Shown piece by piece: positions 49,105 to 56,766 of a stretch of DNA of 64,000 nt (the first letter of the stretch is position 1; each line of letters opens with the position of its first letter). Below the pieces are notes generated by a model. That model was not told the origin of the DNA and ran no database searches. It saw only the letters and a list, made by a program, of their open reading frames with translations. The stretch spans positions 16,239 through 80,238 of IMG/VR virus record IMGVR_UViG_3300047678_000169; one strand, given 5' to 3'. The translations under genes were made by a program, and so were the position numbers. The DNA comes from a virus.

Positions 49105-49180
49105 TGGTAGGCCTGGAGGGAATCGAACCCCCATCCAAACGTTCGAAGCGTCTGTTTCTAATCCGTTGAATTACAAGCCC
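49105..49180 (-). tRNA. tRNA-Arg (UCG)
   Basis: Cloverleaf, CU UCG AA loop, CCA. Confidence 0.88.
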
Positions 49181-49408
49181 ACTAAAAGTTTTCTCAAATA
49201 ATACATAACATACAGAAGATGGCAGTTGCTTAGGCTGATTTAGTTCTGCTACCATGTATCTTTTCAGGGAGTCCCTCAATCCATAAGCGGTGGATAATAT
49301 AGCTCCAAGAGGCGCGGTCTAGTTGGCCGTGTTTGAGAAAAGGGCCCTCGCCCACGGGGACGGAGGGGGCCTAGCCGCGGGTGTGTATGTCCGAGTCTAG
49401 GGGATGAT

Positions 49409-49484
49409 TGGTGGGAAACCTCGGGCTCGAACCGAGAACCTTCGCTGTGTAAAAGCGCTGCGCTAACCATTGCGCCAGTCTCCC
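49409..49484 (-). tRNA. tRNA-Val (UAC)
   Basis: Cloverleaf, UU UAC AC loop, CCA. Confidence 0.9.
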
Positions 49485-49492
49485 AAATGCCG

Positions 49493-49933
49493 TTAGGCCA
49501 AAATTTTTCTTAGTTTCATACATTCAATACCATGATAGGATTTTTTCTCACCTGTGGGTTTAAAACCTTCCTTAACAAGATTAGCGTATGAATAAACGTT
49601 CTTCAATCCAACCCAAACATTGACCCTCGAAGCGTTCTTGGCTTCTTTCTTTACATGTTCAATTCTCTGTTTGATTAAAAGTCTTTGTAGTCCATTTCCT
49701 CTGTGCTTTTTCGTGACCACACAGAGTCTCAGTCCCCAAAATCCGTGATAACAGGTGATTCCACCAAATCCGACGATTTCATCATTGAACTTAGCAACAA
49801 ATATACGATGTAAAGACTTTTTAATCTCAGCCGCAGATAAGTGAGTGTATTCACTTTCGTTTGCTATTTTCTCAAGTGTAGGAAGAACTTCTTCCCATTT
49901 GCTTTTTTCTAATTTTTCAATGATGTATTTCAT
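49493..49933 (-). CDS. GNAT acetyltransferase
   Basis: IVGFG, VTKKHRGNGLQ, N..S..NL.K.GF. Confidence 0.85.
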   Translation of the reverse strand: MKYIIEKLEKSKWEEVLPTLEKIANESEYTHLSAAEIKKSLHRIFVAKFNDEIVGFGGITCYHGFWGLRLCVVTKKHRGNGLQRLLIKQRIEHVKKEAKNASRVNVWVGLKNVYSYANLVKEGFKPTGEKKSYHGIECMKLRKILA

Positions 49934-49937
49934 AAAT

Positions 49938-50021
49938 TGGTAGCGAGGGTGGGAGTCGAACCCACATTCCTTTCGGAGACTGATTTTGAGTCAGTTGTGT
50001 CTGCCATTCCACCACCCCGCC
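49938..50021 (-). tRNA. tRNA-Leu (CAA), canonical
   Basis: Long V-arm hairpin, CU CAA AA loop. Confidence 0.92.
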
Positions 50022-50025
50022 ATAA

Positions 50026-50208
50026 TTACTGTTTAAATTCCTTATTCCAGCGACTCAACATTTCAGTTGTAGCATCAGAAGCTTTCTTCTGAGTCCATTT
50101 GTCAACTTCTTTGTCGATTAGTTCTTTAGGATACATTCTACCACGCTGCTTCGCAGTATAGTGTTGGAATTTTCCTTTGACTACTGGTAATTTGTTTTCT
50201 TCTGTCAT
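50026..50208 (-). CDS. Small hypothetical protein
   Basis: 60-aa ORF filling an inter-tRNA gap. Confidence 0.55.
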   Translation of the reverse strand: MTEENKLPVVKGKFQHYTAKQRGRMYPKELIDKEVDKWTQKKASDATTEMLSRWNKEFKQ

Positions 50209-50292
50209 AAATTGGTGCTGTCTTTCTCGCCGTCACCGGTCTGAGGAACGGCGTTTCAATGCCTGCTCAGTGTCGTATTCGGTTTACGCTAG

Positions 50293-50378
50293 TGGTAGCC
50301 AAGGTGGGATTCGGACCCACAAGGACATCGCATTCTAAGTGCGGCGGTTCTTCCAATTTCCCTTTCGTCCACTTGGCC
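50293..50378 (-). tRNA. tRNA-Leu (UAG), non-canonical split-variable-arm form
   Basis: GGAC-GAAA insertion after U8; GUCC in the short variable region. Confidence 0.8.
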
Positions 50379-50386
50379 ATAAATTC

Positions 50387-50797
50387 TTAAAAAAGAGGCT
50401 TCTTTTTTTCTTCTTTGCCTTTTTTGATTTGTTCTTTTGTTGGTTTTGGAGCTTCTTTAGTTTTCCAAGCTAAATGTTGGTAAGCATATGCCAAATTGCA
50501 AATTGGGCAATCTTCCGAATCTTTTTCTCCATGTCTTGCTGGCTTTAAATCTTTTGTAACAGAGCCAAATCCAGCATTGCAACAATTGTTTCCACAACAA
50601 GGACAACGAACAAACATACATTGGCACAAACCACAATAGTCCCATGTGAACATGAAAACTCTTTTTTCTTTCCAGTCTTTGTGCCATCCATTTTTCTTAG
50701 AGCCAATTTCTTGCTCTCCACCTTTCATATAGGTTGGGTCAAAAATTTGCTTAAATGGTTTATATTTAAATTTTCGCATATAGCACATTGACTTCAA
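50387..50797 (-). CDS. Cys-rich Zn-binding hypothetical protein
   Basis: CGLC, CPCCGNNCC, CPIC. Confidence 0.65.
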   Translation of the reverse strand: MKSMCYMRKFKYKPFKQIFDPTYMKGGEQEIGSKKNGWHKDWKEKRVFMFTWDYCGLCQCMFVRCPCCGNNCCNAGFGSVTKDLKPARHGEKDSEDCPICNLAYAYQHLAWKTKEAPKPTKEQIKKGKEEKKKPLF

Positions 50798-51057
50798 TAC
50801 TGATTTTAGTCAAGATATAAAATAGACCCACTTTTTATTAATGTTGGTGGGAATCATTATTATCATTACCGTCTGTTACGACAAGTAGTGTTAACAATAA
50901 CAACACGATTGTCGCTTGTATCATAAAATTTTGAATCAGGCCCGTCTCAGTTGTGAACGCTCAAGAAGAGCGAACCTTTAACCTGTGGTCAGACTGAATC
51001 GCGTTTTTCAGCCCAAATATACGAATCTACACGTAAGCTGGTTCGGTCTAATTCAAA

Positions 51058-51136
51058 TGGTGGGAAGTCAGCGAATCGAACGCTGTTATTTCGCTCTTCA
51101 GGCGAACGCTGAAATGACCACACTAGCTCACTTCCC
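51058..51136 (-). tRNA. tRNA-Phe (GAA)
   Basis: UUCGC CU GAA GA GCGAA, CCA. Confidence 0.85.
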
Positions 51137-51719
51137 AATATCACGCCACATTGTTTCCAACGTGTTCAAGCATTCATTCACTGTTTTCCAGTCGATGTTG
51201 CTCTTTAAATTGTTTATTACCCAATTCTTTTGGCTTTTCGAACCAATTGGATAAACCCATCTCTTCTTTCCAGCAGATTCCCCTTGATAAACTGCGTTGG
51301 TTGCCTTGTAGATGGCTCCCGTGTGATGGCTTGAATCTGAATATGTTAAAATCACTTTTATTTCTGGAAATTTTGTTCCCACATAATCATTACACTTGGA
51401 TATTGAATACCAGCTAAATTTTTCTTGGAATCCTTTGGAAGAATAGCTTCATCATCAACCAAGAACAATCTTTTCAATTCAAGAATGTCTCTATTGGAAA
51501 CTTCAACACCATTTTTGAAAATTGCCTTGTAAGCCGTGAAGGCTATTGGAGAACCATAAATAACAGTTCCTACCATCACACCATTATAGAAGATACCCAT
51601 GTAAATCTTTGCCGCACTTGGGTAATCTCCAAGATAATGCTTCGTAACAAAGTCTTTCACAGAGTTTCTATCAACTTCCTTGAAAGAAACAGCCTGGGGT
51701 CTAAAAACTCATTAATCAT
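51128..51719 (-). pseudogene. Mom-like adenine-modification acetyltransferase with two frameshifts
   Basis: KHYL, GTVIYGSP, ELKRL, TYSD..HTGAIYKATN..YQG are spread over three frames. Confidence 0.75.
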
Positions 51720-51750
51720 GAGTATAAATATAACGAAATCGTATATAAAA

Positions 51751-51836
51751 TGGTAGCCGTGGTGGGATTCGAACCCACAGAGGATAAGACGTTTTAAGTG
51801 TCTCGGTTGTAGCCAATTTCCCTAATCCACACGGCC
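51751..51836 (-). tRNA. tRNA-Leu (UAA), non-canonical split-variable-arm form
   Basis: GGAU-UA insertion after U8; AUCC in the variable region. Confidence 0.8.
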
Positions 51837-51901
51837 AAAAATTATATTCTTCTTTTCTTCCATCCAGTTTCGATAGAAAGGGTTTTTGAAACTATTTTAA
51901 G

Positions 51902-51987
51902 TGGTGGGCATAAGAAGATTCGAACTTCCAAGGACTACGCATTTTGAATACGTCGCTTCTACCAATTTCGCTCTCGTCCACATGCCC
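51902..51987 (-). tRNA. tRNA-Leu (CAA), non-canonical split-variable-arm form
   Basis: GGAC-GAGA insertion after U8; GUCC in the variable region. Confidence 0.8.
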
Positions 51988-51992
51988 AAAAA

Positions 51993-52646
51993 TCAAAGAT
52001 GTTCCAATTTGGATTGAACTTTCTTAATGTCCATCTTATGAAGCTTGAAAAATGCTATCATCGAAGCTGGAGCCAAAAATGTCATGTATTGGTCAGGAAC
52101 AATTGATGTCAACTGAACCAATGCGTTCTTTAGAGCTTCATTCTGAATGAAGTTCGGTAAATTTTTGAGAAGAATGATTAGAACCATCAACACAATCGGC
52201 CAAATTCCTTTGGACATTAATGGATTGTAGCTCTTCACAATGGAACTGAATCTAGCATTGTGTATCTTCATCAATTTAACTGGAATTGATGGGTGTAAAA
52301 TCAAAATTTGCTTGAATACTTCTTGATTGAAAATTGCGACCTTCATTGGAGTTATCGAAACGATAGAAGCACTTCTTGGTGTTCCTGACAATAGCGACCC
52401 TTCTCCAATCAAATCATGAGGCTTGAGGATAATCTTGGCCGGTTTTCCAGCTTTCAATACTTGAGCCTTTCCCTCTAAAACGAGATACATTGAGTCTCCG
52501 GTGTCTCCTTCAACAATGAAGGTGACGCCAGTGGAATATTCTTTGATTTCACACAATGCCGCAACCTTTTTTAAGGTGGGATGTGGAACGTCTGAGAAAA
52601 GAAATCCTTTACTCAATTCGTCTGGAGTAGTGGTCAATTTTGGCAT
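51993..52646 (-). CDS. Cyclic-nucleotide-binding domain protein with C-terminal TM segments
   Basis: EGDTGDSMYLVLEG, GEGSLL...PRSAS phosphate-binding cassette; no HTH. Confidence 0.88.
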   Translation of the reverse strand: MPKLTTTPDELSKGFLFSDVPHPTLKKVAALCEIKEYSTGVTFIVEGDTGDSMYLVLEGKAQVLKAGKPAKIILKPHDLIGEGSLLSGTPRSASIVSITPMKVAIFNQEVFKQILILHPSIPVKLMKIHNARFSSIVKSYNPLMSKGIWPIVLMVLIILLKNLPNFIQNEALKNALVQLTSIVPDQYMTFLAPASMIAFFKLHKMDIKKVQSKLEHL

Positions 52647-52697
52647 ATGACATAAGTATAATATATGCTATTGTAACTTCAATCCATTTTAAAAAAT

Positions 52698-52844
52698 TGG
52701 TGAGAACGCTGGAATCGAACCAGTTTTTCAGCACGTTTCAAGACTTACAATGAGTTTCTTCAAGCCTGTTCGAATTATGAGTCCGAGGATTTCGAAGCGT
52801 TTCAAATTGCTATCGCTGATGTATTACCAACCTACTCCATTCTC
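52698..52844 (-). ncRNA. 147-nt tRNA-like RNA with an expanded anticodon arm containing a CAU stem-loop
   Basis: Intact acceptor, D and T arms and CCA; ~70 extra nt inside UCAGC/GCUGA. Confidence 0.65.
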
Positions 52845-52848
52845 AAAT

Positions 52849-52933
52849 TGGTGCGGATAGAGGGACTCGAACCCCCAAGCCTTTCGGCACATGCACCTCA
52901 AGCATGCGTGTCTACCAATTCCACCATATCCGC
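52849..52933 (-). tRNA. tRNA-Leu (GAG), canonical
   Basis: Cloverleaf with V arm. Confidence 0.93.
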
Positions 52934-52945
52934 AAAGAGAAACCG

Positions 52946-53167
52946 TTAGGCTTCCCAGTTAAACCTCATATCACCATAGCTTGATGGACAGTAGCAATAC
53001 TCGTCTCCATGCCCGCCATGACAACCGATGTAATCGTGGTCATACTTAACCTTGGAAAAATCAGTGACTCCTTGTTCAAGCAATTGCTTCAACACATCTG
53101 CCAAAGTCTGTCCTTCGGTCAAGTAAATTGCTCCACGCTTAATTTCCTTGATGTTTTTCTTTTTCAT
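52946..53167 (-). CDS. Small hypothetical protein
   Basis: GGAG RBS; 73 aa. Confidence 0.6.
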   Translation of the reverse strand: MKKKNIKEIKRGAIYLTEGQTLADVLKQLLEQGVTDFSKVKYDHDYIGCHGGHGDEYCYCPSSYGDMRFNWEA

Positions 53168-53211
53168 AGTTGTTTGTCTCCTTCTCTTACAATATTAGAG
53201 CGAGCATTCAA

Positions 53212-53391
53212 CTAATCAAATTCTTCTACAGTTGGAGCGTGTTTTTTAAATTTACGTCTCCTTCCGTTTATATGTCCACACACTTCACATTTAACTCCTG
53301 GAACTACCCAGTTTCCATCGCAGCCGTGACAGTATCCTCTACTACGTTTTGGTATCTGTGATTTTCTACGATTGATATGTGATGTTTTCAT
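53212..53391 (-). CDS. Small basic Zn-ribbon protein (start MKTSH)
   Basis: CHGC...CEVC; the longer track ORF would overlap tRNA-Thr. Confidence 0.55.
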   Translation of the reverse strand: MKTSHINRRKSQIPKRSRGYCHGCDGNWVVPGVKCEVCGHINGRRRKFKKHAPTVEEFD

Positions 53392-53394
53392 AAA

Positions 53395-53470
53395 TGGAGC
53401 TCCTAATTGGAATCGAACCAATTTCCCCATCATTACCAATGACGAATTCACCCATATGAACTTTAGGAGC
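53395..53470 (-). tRNA. tRNA-Thr (GGU)
   Basis: GCUCCUA acceptor, UU GGU AA loop. Confidence 0.85.
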
Positions 53471-53598
53471 AAAAATTTTGTAATAATGATAATCCCCTTC
53501 ACCAAATTTCTCTGGTTGAGGCCAAGACACACCTGTTATCATCCCTCTTGGTCGTTAACTGCAAATCGAACTAGTATAATCCACAGTTCTATTACAAA

Positions 53599-53684
53599 TG
53601 GTGCAAAGGACTGGATTCGAACCAGCGAAGCCTTACGGCGAAAGCTTATGAAACTCCCTGTTTTAGCCACTTACCTACCCTTGC
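53599..53684 (-). tRNA. CAU-anticodon tRNA with a long variable arm (identity uncertain)
   Basis: UU CAU AA loop; V arm GCC-GUAA-GGC; A73. Confidence 0.75.
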
Positions 53685-53695
53685 GTTAAATTAAT

Positions 53696-54028
53696 CAGAG
53701 AAGCTATAGCCGATGTTCTGTCCAGAACCGAAGTCCCTGACCTTACATTTCTCTATGAGACGTAAATTTTGCCTCATTCCAAGCTTTTCGCCGGGATGCC
53801 CCTACCTTAGTATGCAAACGAGCGACTCACGCTCTCTACAATTTTTGGGTTACTGCGGATGATGTGGTATTAACGAACCGCTTGTGTCCGAGAACCATAG
53901 ACCCTCCTGATTTGGACTCAGGCACTATGGCGGTTGGATGATACAGCATTGTTCTCCCAGCTACGAGTCGAGCAGCATCGAACTTCCTCTATGGTTTTCT
54001 TTCCCACAGCGTAAGGTCGCTTACTCTG
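53696..54028 (-). ncRNA. rnpB: RNase P RNA
   Basis: GAGGAAGUUCGAUG (CR I) and ACAGAACAUCGGCUAUA (CR V) form P4; P2 GACCUUAC/GUAAGGUC; P1 CAGAG/CUCUG. Confidence 0.88.
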
Positions 54029-54032
54029 AAAA

Positions 54033-54124
54033 TGGTAGGCGTAGCTGGACTTGAACCAGCACTCGGCACCTATCAGGTGCGCCAGGTTTATAAAACCTGC
54101 GGTGCTACATTACACAATACGCCC
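54033..54124 (-). tRNA. tRNA-Ile (UAU) with a long variable arm
   Basis: CAGGU UU UAU AA ACCUG; V arm GCAC-CUGAUAG-GUGC. Confidence 0.8.
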
Positions 54125-54129
54125 ACAAA

Positions 54130-54203
54130 TGGCTGGGATAGAAGGAATCGAACCTCCACTAAAGCTTTCAGAGAGCCCTGCGCTACCACTACGCCATATC
54201 CCA
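54130..54203 (-). tRNA. tRNA-Gln (CUG)
   Basis: UGGGAUA acceptor, CU CUG AA loop, G73. Confidence 0.88.
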
Positions 54204-54215
54204 ATAAATTCAATG

Positions 54216-54290
54216 TGGCTGCCCCCCAGCGAATCGAACGCTGATAAACCGAGTCAAAGTCGGCGATAATAACCGTTATATGAGAGAGCA
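54216..54290 (-). tRNA. tRNA-Gln (UUG)
   Basis: CU UUG AC loop, G73-CCA. Confidence 0.85.
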
Positions 54291-55088
54291 ATGTTTCTTA
54301 ATCTTCGGAACAACGATATGGTGTTCACGGCAAATTTCTTTTAAACGATTTGCACTTACACCATACAATTTTCCCAATTTTCGTAGAGAAGTTTTTGTTA
54401 CTTCGTCGGAAAGTTTTTTGAGGGAGTCGTCGTTCCATTTAATTTTTTGATTCCGTTTTTGTAGAGGAATGTTGACAACAAGTAACCCACAGATTTTTCT
54501 CAACTGGTGTTGGGTTATTCCGTGTTTTTTCTTAATGTCACTACAAGTTAACGTTAAACAATCTTGTCTAAATTCATCGGAGTCAAACCTATCTATGTAG
54601 ACTTTGTTCAACTTTAGATTAGAAGACTTCCCAGCGTATGTCGCTGTTTGTGAATGGCAATTTGGACACAAAAAACACAAATTTTCTATACGATTGTCTC
54701 TGTGGTTTCCGTTTTTATGTTCTAGCTGTAAAACTATAAGCTTGTTTCTCCATTCCGTTGTCAGTCCACATTCACATTTATACGGAACCAAATTAAACCT
54801 CAATATTAAGTTCTTTACTGTATTTGTGTTGGTATTACTATTCTCAACAAATACACTCTTACTCGCTTCATACAACGACCATTGACGATGTGTAAACTTT
54901 TTTCCCTTGTTTGATTTCAAATGCTCGGAATTTATTTTTAAAAATTCAATTCTTCTTTTAAGCGTCTTGTTATTAGCTCCCCTCGGTGGGAGGCCACATT
55001 TAATCAATACATCGGAATAAGATTTAGATTCCAGAACTATCTTTGTAAATTCTATATCACTTGTTTCGTAAATTCTACTGGTTTTCAT
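54276..55088 (-). CDS. HNH homing endonuclease
   Basis: CECG..W..LQLEHKNGNHRDNRIENLCFLCPNCHSQT; start MKTSR after TACTTAT. Confidence 0.88.
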   Translation of the reverse strand: MKTSRIYETSDIEFTKIVLESKSYSDVLIKCGLPPRGANNKTLKRRIEFLKINSEHLKSNKGKKFTHRQWSLYEASKSVFVENSNTNTNTVKNLILRFNLVPYKCECGLTTEWRNKLIVLQLEHKNGNHRDNRIENLCFLCPNCHSQTATYAGKSSNLKLNKVYIDRFDSDEFRQDCLTLTCSDIKKKHGITQHQLRKICGLLVVNIPLQKRNQKIKWNDDSLKKLSDEVTKTSLRKLGKLYGVSANRLKEICREHHIVVPKIKKHCSLI

Positions 55089-55162
55089 ACGCTTATAAGT
55101 ATGTAACGGAAGAACCAAAACGTAAATTATTTTACGCTTCCATTACACAATCGGGGAGCGTA

Positions 55163-55795
55163 TCAATTCAATTCTCTTGGGTCAATTGGCTGGCCTGGTC
55201 GTTTGTCTCCAAACAACTTGCAAAATGTGAAGTAAGCCTTCACTGCAACTGGCCACCAGAACCATGTAACTACTTGAGTATTCTCAACAATAAGTTTACG
55301 GTCTGTATCAAACCCTCTAACAAAAATTGGACCACCATTTGGGTTCTTACAGTTGATGAACTTAAATCTTCTGGTTGGTGGGCGACCTGTGTGAATAGCG
55401 TAGTCTCCCATGAGAACATCGTTGATTTCACAATTTTCAAAAGTAACATCACGAACACCAGCTTTCATGCCAATGTCACAAGTTTTGTTCATTGTAAATC
55501 CCTTGGTCTTCTTTCTAGTTCCATCATTCAAAAACTTACAGTCTTTGAAATAAATGTCTCCTCCACGAACCATATCGAAGGCTCGTTCTGCACCATTCTT
55601 GAATATGCAATTTTCAAAACGAAGATTGAATTTGAAGGAGGCTTTGAATCCCCATTCACCTGTCTTACCGTCAAATGTGCAGTTGGTATAAAGTGTATCG
55701 TCTGATACAGCTCCGTATGCTAAGGAATCCTTACCGAAGGTCTGTGGTTGGTCAAAAATTTGTCCGTCAATAGTTGTTGTAAAGCTCATAACCAT
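55163..55795 (-). CDS. Right-handed beta-helix (pectate-lyase-like) protein
   Basis: Repeated xFxNCxF coils. Confidence 0.65.
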   Translation of the reverse strand: MVMSFTTTIDGQIFDQPQTFGKDSLAYGAVSDDTLYTNCTFDGKTGEWGFKASFKFNLRFENCIFKNGAERAFDMVRGGDIYFKDCKFLNDGTRKKTKGFTMNKTCDIGMKAGVRDVTFENCEINDVLMGDYAIHTGRPPTRRFKFINCKNPNGGPIFVRGFDTDRKLIVENTQVVTWFWWPVAVKAYFTFCKLFGDKRPGQPIDPRELN

Positions 55796-55819
55796 AATTA
55801 TGAGTTATAACAAGTAAAA

Positions 55820-55895
55820 TGGAGCCCTCTGCTGGATTCGAACCAGCCTTTCAAGTTTACGAAACTTGCACATTCGCCATATATGTTTAGAGGGC
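55820..55895 (-). tRNA. tRNA-Thr (CGU)
   Basis: UU CGU AA loop, CCA. Confidence 0.85.
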
Positions 55896-55901
55896 GTAAA
55901 T

Positions 55902-55976
55902 TGGTGGTTCCGATGGGACTCGAACCCATAACCTGTCGCTTAAGAGGCGAAAGCTCTACCATTGAGCTACAAAACC
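55902..55976 (-). tRNA. tRNA-Lys (CUU)
   Basis: CU CUU AA loop. Confidence 0.88.
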
Positions 55977-56044
55977 ATATTTTGAACAAGAGGCATCAGA
56001 CTTGCGCTATGGACTTATTTACTGAAATTGTGCATTATTCAAAT

Positions 56045-56607
56045 TGGTGGACTAGTCGGTTATCACCCGAACACGCGATTTAGCTGGATTGCATTACTGG
56101 TTAATCGCCATCGTAGCCCGTAAATAGTGGACGTTCGGGACTCGAACCCGTATCTCTCTCCTCATCTGTCTTCACATCGGAAAGCGTGTTGCCATATCTT
56201 GGCGGAAGTTGCCTCTACACCAGACGCCCATAAATTAGTGACAAATCAGGCAGAATCGAACTGCCGCCCTATTTGATTCTGCACCAGCAGAAATAGCGGA
56301 ATCGAACCGCCCGAATCCTCATCGAGAGGATGTGCTACCATTACACCATGTTTTGTCAAAGTGGTGCGTTCGGAAGGAATCGAACCTTCGCCTGCTTACG
56401 CTGGTTACGCGTCGCCCTTCCAACATGGGCCTTGATACAAGTGCTTACCGCCTTCGAAGAGCAGAGTCACGTTCAACCATTTCCGCCACAAACGCAAATT
56501 GGTGAGTTACAGGAGGATTTGGCACCTCCACGAAGTTATTCCGCCGCTAACGGCAATGCTATTACCTTCGACCCCTTAAAGGCTGCGTCTTCTTCCGCCA
56601 TACACTC
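56045..56607 (-). ncRNA. Run of five aberrant tRNA-like RNAs (56045-56119, 56126-56229, 56237-56357, 56362-56495, 56500-56607)
   Basis: Each has paired ends and a T-arm-like hairpin but a non-canonical interior. Confidence 0.6.
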
Positions 56608-56679
56608 ATAAATTAGCTCCGAAATTTTTATCATCATGCGTCGGATTTACAGACATTACAGCCTGAGCGCTCTCTAAAA

Positions 56680-56755
56680 TGGTGGACCATAGGGGGTTCG
56701 AACCCCTGACCTCTTCACTGCCAGCGAAACGCTCTACCAACTGAGCTAACAGCCC
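56680..56755 (-). tRNA. tRNA-Ala (GGC)
   Basis: G3.U70, CU GGC AG loop. Confidence 0.92.
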
Positions 56756-56766
56756 ACAAAATGATT

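Noticed and set aside
49342-49405. Theta/HDV-like ribozyme downstream of tRNA-Val
   Set aside because: It folds as simple hairpins; I could not build the nested P1-P2-P3 double pseudoknot.
49493-49933. GNAT as a tRNA-acetylating toxin or modifier
   Set aside because: Only its location suggests this; no antitoxin partner or diagnostic motif.
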